This document shows positions 8,676 to 18,407 of a stretch of DNA of 64,000 bases, piece after piece. Position 1 is the first letter of the stretch, and each line of letters begins with the position of its first letter. The notes under the pieces are model-generated. The model had not been told where the DNA came from and made no database searches. It saw only the letters and a list, made by a program, of their open reading frames with translations. The stretch spans positions 20,546 through 84,545 of IMG/VR virus record IMGVR_UViG_3300044710_000137; one strand, written 5' to 3'. This stretch comes from a virus. The position numbers and the translations under genes are program-made.

Positions 8676-9400
8676 AAACGCGTAAACCGTGCCCCGGATG
8701 CGGACAAGTCATCCATGGCAGGGAGGCTGAGAAGGTTTGCGTCGATTGCCGCCGCGCGATCGATAGTTGGAACAAACATATCGCGACCATTAAGGCTGCG
8801 CCGGATCAGTGCATGGTCTTACTGAAAGGCGTCTATCACTGGTATCCGATGTTTTACTTCGGCGGACCGCGATGCAGCATTTTTGAACTGGACGAGATGC
8901 GCGGGGAACTTGCCGAGTTTTTCGAGGAGTTAGCGACGCGGCTATGCTCCCATATTGTGGAGTGGCAGGACGCGAGAGGCGAGAAACCTGAAGAACTATT
9001 TCCGGTGCCCGACGTGCGGAAGCCGCTAAAAACCGGCCAAAACTACGCGGAGCCAGTCGGATATCCAGCCACGCATGGGGAAAGTAGCTACCACGATAAA
9101 ACGGGCCTGATCGACCGCCGCAACCTGGAGCTACTGCGCGGACTCTGGGACAGGACCGCCCGCTTTACGGATCTCGCCTACATCGCAGGATTGACCGACG
9201 GGCGCAATCTATTGCTGCAACTTTCAAGCGGTGCGCTGTCCGTGGACGATCTCCAGGAACACGACGTCAAGGTGGCGAGAGACCGCCAGAACGCCGCGTA
9301 CCTGCACCGGAAGCTCAAGGGGACGCCCAAGCGCACTCGGCAGAAACCAGCGGCCAACACGGATGTGGTGGACGCGGCATCGACATCAAAAGATTTGTAA
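8672..9400 (+). CDS. hypothetical protein with an N-terminal zinc finger
   Basis: CPGC...CVDC; coupled start. Confidence 0.65.
   Translation: MKTRKPCPGCGQVIHGREAEKVCVDCRRAIDSWNKHIATIKAAPDQCMVLLKGVYHWYPMFYFGGPRCSIFELDEMRGELAEFFEELATRLCSHIVEWQDARGEKPEELFPVPDVRKPLKTGQNYAEPVGYPATHGESSYHDKTGLIDRRNLELLRGLWDRTARFTDLAYIAGLTDGRNLLLQLSSGALSVDDLQEHDVKVARDRQNAAYLHRKLKGTPKRTRQKPAANTDVVDAASTSKDL
9346..9384 (+). repeat. family A hairpin element
   Basis: ACCAGC...GCGGCATCGAC. Confidence 0.9.
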
Positions 9401-9504
9401 ATGACCACCACCCACCCCACCCTCTTAGACTGGATCTGCTGGAAGCTCTTTATCTTCTTCCATCGCTCCCGTTGGAGCTGGCTCTGGCATAGACGGAGAA
9501 TTCG

Positions 9505-9801
9505 ATGAAGAAGGTCCGCATCGTTCAATGTCTCTGCCCTAAACGTCACTGCATGGCCGCCATGGCGTATCAGACGGAGGATGGCCAGGAGAACCCCGAG
9601 ATCCGAAAATTACTCCAGAAAAAATTTGAGCAGTTGATCGAGGCGCACCTTTGCAACCCTTGGTGCGGGTTGTGTAAAGCCCCCTATTCCACCTTCTTCT
9701 ACGAGGACATGCCCACCATCTTCGCCACCATGGAGGAGGCTCGCGTTTTTCATGGGAATGGTATTTGGGTCTCTCGGTACACTGGTAGTTATATGGAGTA
9801 G
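9505..9801 (+). CDS. hypothetical protein
   Basis: GGAG RBS; CLCP..HC and NPWCGLC motifs. Confidence 0.6.
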   Translation: MKKVRIVQCLCPKRHCMAAMAYQTEDGQENPEIRKLLQKKFEQLIEAHLCNPWCGLCKAPYSTFFYEDMPTIFATMEEARVFHGNGIWVSRYTGSYME

Positions 9802-9804
9802 AAC

Positions 9805-10158
9805 GTGAAAGAAGAAAAATCAGTTGTCGATGCCGCCGCGGTCGCCTCCACGCCCGCGGCTGGTAAAGGCGAACGCTGGTCGGGATCTGTGCAGGTTTGT
9901 CTTTTTCGCACGCATGACGATTCCGGCATCCGTATTGAGGTGTGGCTGAAAACCGAGGGCAACTGGAAGTTATCCTCGGACACCGACCACACCTGGCAGT
10001 CCCTGCATTGCCTGATCCACGAAGAACAACGCGAGGCGGGGCAATCCTCTGCCGCATCGCCGACGGCCTATTGGAAGCTGAACGCCATGGAACCAGCGGC
10101 CAACACGGATGTGGTGGACGCGGCACCAACACCTAAACATTTGAAAGATGAACCATGA
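9805..10158 (+). CDS. hypothetical protein bracketed by inverted A elements
   Basis: KSVVDAA at the N-terminus and PAANTDVVDAA at the C-terminus both derive from A elements. Confidence 0.55.
   Translation: MKEEKSVVDAAAVASTPAAGKGERWSGSVQVCLFRTHDDSGIRIEVWLKTEGNWKLSSDTDHTWQSLHCLIHEEQREAGQSSAASPTAYWKLNAMEPAANTDVVDAAPTPKHLKDEP
9826..9864 (-). repeat. family A hairpin element
   Basis: GTCGATGCCGC...GCTGGT. Confidence 0.9.
10092..10130 (+). repeat. family A hairpin element
   Basis: stem identical to the 9346 copy. Confidence 0.9.
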
Positions 10159-10384
10159 ACATCCGTACAGGCGCTGGTATTGCCGCGCTATTCGAGGAGC
10201 CAGAGATTGAGCACAAATGCAAGCGCTGCGGTGCCGCATTTTTCTCCCGATGTCGTAGTGTTAAACGATGCCCACCATGCCGAGCTGCGGTGAAGGACGA
10301 GCGCCAGAAGCGGCGGGATGCGGCGCGGCCAAAGCCCTAAGCCCAGATCGGCAATCCAAGCGATCCCTGGCACCCAAAGGTTCT

Positions 10385-10424
10385 ACCAGCGCGGGACACG
10401 GATTGTGGCCCGCGCGGCAGCAAC
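10385..10424 (+). repeat. family A hairpin element
   Basis: ACCAGC...GCGGCAGCAAC. Confidence 0.9.
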
Positions 10425-10465
10425 ATCAAATTTGACGTTTACGGCATCCTCCAATCCCGTAAGAA

Positions 10466-10792
10466 TCACCCACCCGCGGTCATGGTCTTCACTTGGCGCT
10501 TGGCAGCCTTGGCCCGTTTCTGCGCGGCCGCGCGGAGCTTCTCTTTGTGCGCTTCGGTTAGCGGGGCCCTCACACGGGTTACGTGGACCGTCGGCACGGA
10601 AGCTGTCCCGCCCAGCACCTGGTGATCGACTGCATTCCATGTGTTTGCGATCCCCACGATAATCGCACCGGCGAGCATAGCCCGCTGGCTGTCGGATAAC
10701 TGGCGCTGGCAGGTCAAGTAGATTGCCTCGGTGGTTGGATCCAAGCGAGGGGTATTGATTGATAGAGCTGGCTTCTTTGGTTTGTTTGGCAC
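10466..10792 (-). CDS. small basic putative nucleic-acid-binding protein
   Basis: C-terminal LTEAHKEKLRAAAQKRAKAAK. Confidence 0.5.
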   Translation of the reverse strand: MPNKPKKPALSINTPRLDPTTEAIYLTCQRQLSDSQRAMLAGAIIVGIANTWNAVDHQVLGGTASVPTVHVTRVRAPLTEAHKEKLRAAAQKRAKAAKRQVKTMTAGG

Positions 10793-10835
10793 TTGATTCT
10801 CCCTGAGGGACAGGGTAACGCAAAATCATTATAGG

Positions 10836-10922
10836 CTGGCGAGCTTCGGGCTTTTGGCGCCCACGCGCGATGGGCAAATGGGTGAGCGAATGGCTGTCGC
10901 GCATCACCTACCGCAGGCCCGG
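10836..10922 (+). repeat. family B element
   Basis: TGGCGAGCTTCG...GGCAAATGGGTG...CCGCAGGCCCGG. Confidence 0.85.
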
Positions 10923-11440
10923 TTCGTACTGATTTCGGCACTTACCTCACGGCCCAAATCTACCTCAAATAAATCTTCCGATTGGCAGAATAGGAAATGG
11001 AACGCGCTCGCCATTTCGAAAGCGCTGGGAGAACCTGAAAAGGCTGAAGCGCGCATTCTCCCACTGCTGCATGGCGGGAACCGGGTGCCGTCGCGACCTA
11101 TCGAGTTCAGTCCGGCTCTCCCATAGTTCCGCATTGCCGCAGGGCGGAGCATCGTCGGGCACACAGAACAGCACTCGCAGTTCCGGCATATCACGATAGA
11201 GGAGCGGCCGGTCGCGTCCGGACTCAAAGAACAGCAGCGATGCAAGCCACGCCTGCGATGTTTGGCTGAAACCCGCGGTGCAACGTTTGACGTGCGTGGC
11301 CGCGCAGTGAATCAGGGTGCTGCCGCCTTCGACCGCTACGATTTCGACAGATTTCGGAGGGGGTAGCATTATAAGCAGCATCGTGGATTTACCCTTGGGC
11401 CTAGCCATTTTGTTCAATATATCCCAGCGCCCCTGTGACC

Positions 11441-11520
11441 ACCAGCGGAATCCGCCCGACACAAAACCGGTCTCCAGTTCCCCGATGGCATCGCGCGATT
11501 TCCATAGATCGAAGCCAGAA
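11441..11520 (+). repeat. family C element
   Basis: ACCAGCGGAA...CAGTTCCCCGATGG...CGAAGCCAGAA. Confidence 0.85.
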
Positions 11521-11802
11521 AAGGCTCAATGCTGTTTTGGGTTACTTTTTACAGGTATGTTTGGTGGAACAGAATTGACCCCTGGTGCGTTCGCAAGCTT
11601 CATCCAGGCTTCGTAGTCCCAGTGAAGGATAGCGAGCTGTTCTAGGCTAATATGGCCGTGCTGGTAAAGATATTCCAGGAAGGTCATCGAGATCCATACT
11701 TCCTCTCCCACCGCTCACAGGATTTACGGTTCTCAGCTCGCATGCGTTCCTGTTCTCTCAACCGGCGCCAGTGGATTAGGTTATAGAGGCGTCTTAACCA
11801 GG

Positions 11803-12060
11803 TCAATTGAACCCCTCGATCCATTTTCTAACCTCATTCGGGTCATTGTGACCACCATAGAACATTGGGGCGATCATCTTGCCAGGGTGATCTTTCAACT
11901 CTGGATGTTTGCTCAGGTCTGAGAGCATCGAGGTCATCGCATTTACCGGATCGCCGGGAAGATACTCAAGGGCTCGGCGCTTGGCCCACTCCAGGTGTTC
12001 AGCGCGATTGCGAATGGTTGATTGTGGAAGACCGGCATAGTCTTCAGCATCATCGTTCAT
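11803..12060 (-). CDS. conserved phage hypothetical protein
   Basis: R.EHLEWAK.RALEYL...SMLSDL.KH...WIEGFN. Confidence 0.65.
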   Translation of the reverse strand: MNDDAEDYAGLPQSTIRNRAEHLEWAKRRALEYLPGDPVNAMTSMLSDLSKHPELKDHPGKMIAPMFYGGHNDPNEVRKWIEGFN

Positions 12061-12362
12061 TTCAGTCCACCTTCAGAAGTATTCGGTGTTGATGCCGCTT
12101 CCGTCGCCGCGGCGCCGGAAGCTGGTAGAACCAGTTCGGGTTCGCCTCCGACGCCCCTGAGTGCTTCGAGTACCGCTGCAGCTATGCCTATAGCGGGGGA
12201 ACGGTCGGTATTGTTGATGGCCGGCTTGAATTCCGCCTGGACATCCACACCGCCCCCTTCTACGTCGCTGATGGTGAGGGTGAAGGTGATGCGTCGACCA
12301 GCCGCAGGCACGGCGGTGACTGCGGCGGCATCAACAACTGATTTGCCTTTTAATTTTCGCAT
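12057..12362 (-). CDS. hypothetical protein bracketed by inverted A elements
   Basis: coupled at both ends. Confidence 0.55.
   Translation of the reverse strand: MRKLKGKSVVDAAAVTAVPAAGRRITFTLTISDVEGGGVDVQAEFKPAINNTDRSPAIGIAAAVLEALRGVGGEPELVLPASGAAATEAASTPNTSEGGLK
12088..12126 (-). repeat. family A hairpin element
   Basis: GTTGATGCCGC...GCTGGT. Confidence 0.9.
12297..12335 (+). repeat. family A hairpin element
   Basis: ACCAGC...GCGGCATCAAC. Confidence 0.9.
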
Positions 12363-12685
12363 TATACTATTGCCTCTAATAATGGCCGTGCTTTATCCTT
12401 CCGGATAATCCTGGTTTTCCGCGCCTTCCGCTTCCACACCCGGTAGTCGTGCTTCTTATGACACGGCTCGCACCAGGCCGCCAGGTTGTCGTCGGTATCA
12501 TGCCCCGGTGTTCGATCGATATGCGCGATCGATAAACGTAAACCCTCCCGCTTGCACTTCTCGCACCTGCCGCCGGCGCGCGCCAGTATCCGCGGGCGGA
12601 TGACATACCGCCAGTGATAGCCGTAGAATTTTCGGAGTTCCGGGCGCACGGGCACGGCTATCTCAATCTCCTCGACGCGGCCCAA
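12362..12685 (-). CDS. HNH endonuclease
   Basis: RAGGRCEKC...AHID....DNL..WC..CH..HD. Confidence 0.85.
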   Translation of the reverse strand: MGRVEEIEIAVPVRPELRKFYGYHWRYVIRPRILARAGGRCEKCKREGLRLSIAHIDRTPGHDTDDNLAAWCEPCHKKHDYRVWKRKARKTRIIRKDKARPLLEAIV

Positions 12686-13409
12686 TCGCTGAACTCCTTA
12701 TCCGCGACGGCGGCCGCCAAGCGTGCACCTTCGGGATCCGCCTCCAGACAGCGCAGCCATGCTTGGTGGTTAATGTTGGCCTGAACGCGGTTTGGCGGCT
12801 TGCGCGGACGCGGCGCGTGGTCCGGTTGATTTACGACTATACGGCGGATCCTCAGTATTTCGCGGACATCTTCCAGGCGGGCGACCCCGTACCGGATGAC
12901 CTCCTCGGCTAGGCCGAGCTGGCGGGGTGTCCAGCCATGCCGCAACAGTATCGCGGCACTCACCGATAGTGGGTGGGCGCCCATTTCACCTACCCCTCGC
13001 CTTAGCGTTGAGGATGTGCCGCGAAAGCTCGGTACATTTGCGGCAGTTCACGCGCTTCTGGGTGGGCGATAGGGCGGCGAGCTTCCGGATGAGGTGGTGG
13101 CCGCATTCCAGGCTAAGGTCCACGCGCGGGCCGCCGATGGAGTTTTGGGGCGGGCTGAGGAAGAGTATTCGCCTTAGGGTCACGGCTTTACTCTCCTGGT
13201 GTAGGTTTTGGCGAGGCGTGGGGGAATTACTTTACGGCGAGGTGGATGGCCATCGAGGATATCCTGGGCTTCTATTTCCTTGGTGAGCTCGTCCAGGATC
13301 TTGGCGCCCTCGCGGACTTCTTTATCGTGGGCCCGCATCATTCTTTTGGTGGTTAGGCTTTCTAACTGATTAGCCATAATTACCCTCCAAGTTCAAAATC
13401 AAAATCAGT

Positions 13410-13446
13410 GTTTGATGCCGCGCCGGTCAGCCTGCCCGGCGCTGGT
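13410..13446 (-). repeat. family A hairpin element
   Basis: GTTTGATGCCGC...GCTGGT. Confidence 0.9.
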
Positions 13447-13576
13447 GCCTGCATCTTCTTTTTCTGCCGCTTCTGTCTGCGTGCCGCCAGGCGCAAAGGC
13501 AAACCCGCCAGGCGCTCATTGACGAATTCCTTCTTGGTCTTCGGCTCGATCTCCAGCAGCCGCATTTGACGGACGG

Positions 13577-15319
13577 TCACGCCCCGGCTCCTTTCTCGGC
13601 CTTCTTCTGTCTCCACTCATCGAAGGTGGGGAGCTGTTTGGCGAGGTCGGCCCGGATCATTTGCTCGATCCTGCCGGCCCGGTTCTCCGCGGTTGCGCAG
13701 TCCCACCATATGACGGATGAACCGTGCATTGTGGTGATCTTCTCAGCTTTAAGAACGTGGCGCTTCTCGGCCTGGAGCCGTTTGAGTTCGTCTATTGACA
13801 GCGCTTGGTAGCACATATCGATCGCCGCATTATTCTCGGCGGTGTATTCGTGCAAGAGAAGCTGCTGGGCGTTGTAGGCTTCGTCAGCCTTACGCTGGCG
13901 CTCTTCGTCGGCCTTGAATTCAGCGCGAGCCTTCGCGCCACGTTTCCACTCGATCGCGAACTCTGCCACCTGGTCGACCAGCGCGCCAACTCCCTTGGTG
14001 CGGTCCATCCTGGCTTGGCCTTTTGGCCTCAACAGAAAGTTTTCGAAGTCTTCGAGTCCGGCATCTGCCGGCCATAACTTCCAAGCTGCGGCGAGTAGGG
14101 TGACGCTGGCGACTCCCTTTTTGTGCGTGCGGTAGAGTTCCGTGACGTGCTTGTAGAACTCGCCGTCAGCCACGAGCGTCTTGTCCGGGGCTGTGTAGGT
14201 ACTTGTGCCCGCGCCTGTCCGTCCGTCTTTGGATCCGGATGGTGGCAAGACGGCCGGATTAGCGGGACGGACAGAGTAGGACGAAGGGGTTTCTGGCCTC
14301 TGCAGGTGGTCAATAAGGTGGCGGGCTCGGGTACCGATGTTTCCGTAGGTTTTTCGCTCGGAGTACCTGAGGTTTTTGAGGCTCGATAAAAACGCAGTAC
14401 GGGCGTCGAACAGATTCTCCCAGACAAGAGTACGGTAGTCTTTGACCAGCATCTCCTGGGGGGCTTCGGCCTCCTCGCCGTCCTGGCGCGCCTCCGGGGG
14501 CACCAGGATAGTATCGGTATCGTCGCCTAACTTATTGAGAAGATTGGAAAAAGTACGTAACACGGCAGGCTCTAACCGGGGTCCTTCGAGCCCCGTTCTG
14601 ACAACAGTACTGTTGACAGAAGCTCGCTCCTCGGCGGTCAGGAAGGGTCTCGGCTCGGGGTACACCGCGTAGCCATTCCGGCGCCCCCGCGGAATCTCCA
14701 CGCGGATGCGCTTCTCGGCCAGCAGACTGGCGGTGATGGCTGACACCCGCTGCTTACTCATGGCCAACAGGTCGGCCACGGCCTGCATGGAGAACAGCAG
14801 GTAGTGGCGGTTGCTATCCTCACGCAAGATCTCATGGCGCCCCGCATCTAACACTACGGCGTAGGGCATACAAGCCGGCCAACACCAGGATTGCCAGATG
14901 TACGCGGCCAGCACGCGGTCCTGCGCGTGGCCGGGGAGCGGCTTCCAATTGGCGCGCTCGATCTCGTTCTTGGGGGGGAGGTCCATCTGTGCTTCGATGA
15001 GGTTGTTGGGGAATTTGGCCCAGAGCCAGGAGGATGCCTGTCGACCGCCAAGACCCATCTGCTCCCCCAGTTCTTTGGTCAGGGCAATCTGCCGGCGTTT
15101 CGCAGCCGTGTCGTCTACCCGGTCCGGCGGTGCTTCGTCGGCTAATGGCGCGTCGGCGTCGATCTGCTCGTACTCGCGTTGGCGCTCGTCCGGCGGCCTC
15201 TTTCGATCTGGCGGGCGGTTGCTCAACGGGCGCCTTTCGCCGGCATCTTTGCCACGTCCTCGTGTTTGCGTTCTTTTATTAGTTTTTCGTATTCGGTGCC
15301 AGGAAGCCCGAGTGCCCAT
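13577..15319 (-). CDS. putative replication initiator / HTH-containing protein
   Basis: 580 aa; internal HTH-like SMQAVADLLAMSKQRVS...L; position in the early operon; function inferred. Confidence 0.45.
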   Translation of the reverse strand: MGTRASWHRIRKTNKRTQTRGRGKDAGERRPLSNRPPDRKRPPDERQREYEQIDADAPLADEAPPDRVDDTAAKRRQIALTKELGEQMGLGGRQASSWLWAKFPNNLIEAQMDLPPKNEIERANWKPLPGHAQDRVLAAYIWQSWCWPACMPYAVVLDAGRHEILREDSNRHYLLFSMQAVADLLAMSKQRVSAITASLLAEKRIRVEIPRGRRNGYAVYPEPRPFLTAEERASVNSTVVRTGLEGPRLEPAVLRTFSNLLNKLGDDTDTILVPPEARQDGEEAEAPQEMLVKDYRTLVWENLFDARTAFLSSLKNLRYSERKTYGNIGTRARHLIDHLQRPETPSSYSVRPANPAVLPPSGSKDGRTGAGTSTYTAPDKTLVADGEFYKHVTELYRTHKKGVASVTLLAAAWKLWPADAGLEDFENFLLRPKGQARMDRTKGVGALVDQVAEFAIEWKRGAKARAEFKADEERQRKADEAYNAQQLLLHEYTAENNAAIDMCYQALSIDELKRLQAEKRHVLKAEKITTMHGSSVIWWDCATAENRAGRIEQMIRADLAKQLPTFDEWRQKKAEKGAGA

Positions 15320-15472
15320 CGGAGCACGTCTCTTAGCGCGATGTGCTCGCCCTGTTCCCTGCCCTGCTGCTTAGCGAGGATCTCTCCGTCTTCAAACTGA
15401 ATAGCTCTACGGATCTCAGAAGATGATCTCCTCATTTCTTAAATTTCTCCTGGAGTGCCTGAGGGATTTGGT

Positions 15473-15511
15473 GTTGCTGCCGCGCGTGCCGCAGCCGCGT
15501 CCCGCGCTGGT
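15473..15511 (-). repeat. family A hairpin element
   Basis: GTTGCTGCCGC...GCTGGT. Confidence 0.9.
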
Positions 15512-15663
15512 TCCTGCCATCGGACAGTGGGCGGATTAGTTCTGATGTCCAGCACCCACCAGTAACCGCAGGTTTGGCACGTAGCCCGCAGCGACATACC
15601 GTACCTAAGTACTGGACCGCAACCATTTGGACAGTTGCGGGCATCCCAGACGATATCGCTTTT

Positions 15664-15702
15664 ACCAGCCGGGGGCGCGGCGGCGACACCGGCGGCATCA
15701 AC
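15664..15702 (+). repeat. family A hairpin element
   Basis: ACCAGC...GCGGCATCAAC. Confidence 0.9.
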
Positions 15703-15719
15703 AACTGATTTTTCTTGGC

Positions 15720-16112
15720 TCATGATCCTCCTCCTGCAGCCATACTTCGTTCCCCTTTCCACTTCAGCCTTAGAGCTTGGGCTGCTTTCTCTACTTCCAC
15801 TGCACTTGGTCTCAATCCACGCTCTGACGTCTTCACTACCGCTGCATTGAGAACCGCCGGCAATCTCATGATTTGAGCTGCTGCCACCAGGTTGTCCAAC
15901 TCCGATACGAACGTCGCTCCGAACTTCCCCGCTATTGATCTCTGTTGGTCACTGGCGTGTCTCCAAGCGGTTAGCCATACTCCAGGCCCATATTTTCGCT
16001 GGCTATAAACCCGGGCGTCCCGCAGCTCGCAATCCTCGATCCGGGCGATGGGGCGCTGGCTCTCGGTTTCGATGGCGATCCAGCAGAGTTTCTTGTGTTT
16101 GTGGTGCATCAA
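15720..16112 (-). CDS. hypothetical protein
   Basis: coupled to neighbours. Confidence 0.5.
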   Translation of the reverse strand: MMHHKHKKLCWIAIETESQRPIARIEDCELRDARVYSQRKYGPGVWLTAWRHASDQQRSIAGKFGATFVSELDNLVAAAQIMRLPAVLNAAVVKTSERGLRPSAVEVEKAAQALRLKWKGERSMAAGGGS

Positions 16113-16438
16113 GACGCCGCCTTTCGAGCCCTCACCGTGCCTGCACGCTCCAGCCGCTTCATCTCACGCGTGAGAACCTTCACCACGCTCACCTTCCCCC
16201 TCGCCGTGCCTGCACGATCGAGCCGCTCCATCTCACCCACTTCCGCCAGCAGGCGCGTCATCATCGGGCGGCGGGCAGTCTCACGCCATTCCCTAATGGC
16301 AGCAGCAGCGTCCCTGCAGGTAGTACAGAGATCCTGGCCGTCCACCCAGGCGCACGAATTGGCGCAGGCGTCCAGATCGGTGCAGCCGCACACACGGCAC
16401 CTTACAAGTCCGTTTCGATCAAACTTTGGTTTATGCAC
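16109..16438 (-). CDS. Cys-rich zinc-finger protein
   Basis: CRVCGCT...C...CAWV...LCTTC; GAAGGGAG RBS. Confidence 0.65.
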   Translation of the reverse strand: MHKPKFDRNGLVRCRVCGCTDLDACANSCAWVDGQDLCTTCRDAAAAIREWRETARRPMMTRLLAEVGEMERLDRAGTARGKVSVVKVLTREMKRLERAGTVRARKAAS

Positions 16439-17029
16439 GAACGCGCTCCCTTCAAAAATGCGCGGTGAAATTCACGCCGCGCGGTTGCGCGATGGGGGAA
16501 GGACTCGATAAAATAGGCAGTGAGTCGCAGCCCTCCAACGCTTGTGTTGAGGCTTGTTTGCCGCGCTCTGACCGGCCAAAAGTTAAAGAGCGGCGAATAA
16601 GAAAACTACAGTGTCAAATGGGGGTGACCTTCCGCGACTCACGGAACGGTGGTCCGGTGGTGCAATTCTGAATGTTTCGGATTGTGGACCAGAGTTTTTC
16701 ATACCACTCCCATCAAAGAGTGATCGAGGTCCGGGCGGGGTGATGTCCACTGGGTGGCACCCGCCCGGCTCGAAGAAAAATCGTACAACGACTGCACACC
16801 CGGTTGCAACTTTCCGCGAAAGTTTGTATGCTCGTTGGTGAACGCGCTAGACAAAAGTAAATACTAGGAGGCTGGGTTGTTCCAGCCTCCGTCCTTTCCC
16901 GAAACTGCTAGAGTAGCACCCCCTCAGATCGCTGCCGTACACTTCAGTGGTCAATATTGAACAGGTTCACCGAAACTTCGCCTGATTCCTCACGCCCAGA
17001 CAACTTGTCGGACTGTCCATGAACTCAAC

Positions 17030-17500
17030 TTACGTCAGGCGTTCGAGCGATACCCGGTTGATCCGGAGCCAGCGCGTGCGCCGGATGACCATCAACCGAC
17101 CCTCCTGGATAGCGTCCCGCAGATAGGACGCGGGCAGGCCCCAGTACTCCTCAGCCTCTTCAATCGTGAGCCATCCCTTGATCTGCGGGGGCGTGGCCGT
17201 CGACGGGGGCGCCGGCTTGATAGCATCCAGGAACGCACCCAGGGCTGCGGGATTTGGAGACTTCCCCGGCTCCGGAAGGAGCACGGCCCGCACTTCGGTT
17301 TCGGCACGCTGCCGTTCGACGTGCTCCGGATTGTACACGCCCAGCGAACGGCGGCCGTCCTCGGACTCCCGAAAGCGCTGTTCTAATTTGCCGCGGGATA
17401 CCAAACGCTCCACGGTCTTTTCCGCGCAATTGAGGATGCGCGCCACCTCTGGCTTGGTAGGCCAATTAGAAATATCGGTTTTGGTTTGAGGGGACATCAT
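17030..17500 (-). CDS. excisionase-like (HTH_17/MerR-type) DNA-binding protein with two HTH modules
   Basis: TKPEVARILNCAEKTVERLVSRGKL and WLTIEEAEEYWGLP..YLRDAIQEGRL. Confidence 0.8.
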   Translation of the reverse strand: MMSPQTKTDISNWPTKPEVARILNCAEKTVERLVSRGKLEQRFRESEDGRRSLGVYNPEHVERQRAETEVRAVLLPEPGKSPNPAALGAFLDAIKPAPPSTATPPQIKGWLTIEEAEEYWGLPASYLRDAIQEGRLMVIRRTRWLRINRVSLERLT

Positions 17501-17588
17501 GTCCGACAGTCTAGCAGAGGGCTAAGGACATAGGGTGTCCGACTGTCGAAAAATAGCTTGATGGGATATATGCAGAATTGCATTTTAT

Positions 17589-17624
17589 GTTGCTGCCGCG
17601 CCGGTCAGCCTGCCCGGCGCTGGT
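17589..17624 (-). repeat. family A hairpin element
   Basis: GTTGCTGCCGC...GCTGGT. Confidence 0.9.
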
Positions 17625-17966
17625 AGAACCTTTAGTCGACTCACGCGGCGCTGGCGGGCACTTGCGTCCCTCATGTCGCGCGCCGCACTTCTGGCACGCC
17701 CCGCAGCACCAACAGAACCGGCGCTCTCCTATTCCCGCTCCGCACCATTGGCACTTCGTTCCAGGCATATTTCGCATCCGCGCACAATCGTGTGGGTTTC
17801 GGGCAGAGCTAAATATTAACACTTGTGGTTGCGTTGCGTGGCCCTAGCCACGGTCATCAACCCACAGGGGCACCGCGGCCCTTTGCGCCAGCCCACAGGT
17901 CGCCCGGAGCCCGCGCCGTGGGTTTTACGCAGCGCAGCCATCGCTCGCGCTTGACGGCTGGTGAGT

Positions 17967-18290
17967 TTACGCATCGGCGCCAAGCAGTGTAGCCGTATCT
18001 CTCAGCGGATCGGCAACCGGGGGTTGCACGGCTATCCAGGCGTCAATGCGCGCCACGAGTGCAATCTCTCGCGCGGTGTAGTTGCCTATCCGCGCCTCAT
18101 CCGCCCGCCGTATCGACAGGCCACGCAACTCAGCCCGAGCGTTGGCAATGCAAGCGTCGAGGGATAGCATACCTCTGCATTCCGGACAGCCTTCGTGGTC
18201 CCGCTCAAGTTCCGTCTTGGCTAGGATCTGCTGCGCTTCTTCGATATTCTCGATTCCGTACACAGTGCCGTAGGCTGTTCTGACGTTCAT
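17967..18290 (-). CDS. hypothetical protein
   Basis: downstream of a canonical promoter; AGGAG RBS before MNVRT. Confidence 0.5.
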   Translation of the reverse strand: MNVRTAYGTVYGIENIEEAQQILAKTELERDHEGCPECRGMLSLDACIANARAELRGLSIRRADEARIGNYTAREIALVARIDAWIAVQPPVADPLRDTATLLGADA

Positions 18291-18350
18291 TGTTTCGCTC
18301 CTGCCGTGGTAGCGGCTTTTGATCGATCTCATATCCTCGATCTGATAATC

Positions 18351-18379
18351 AGTGTACTCCAGAGCTGTTTATGTGTCAA
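18351..18379 (-). promoter_or_regulatory. sigma70-type promoter
   Basis: TTGACA-N17-TACACT on the minus strand. Confidence 0.65.
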
Positions 18380-18407
18380 GCACTATTTCGAACTATTTTT
18401 GGCGGGC

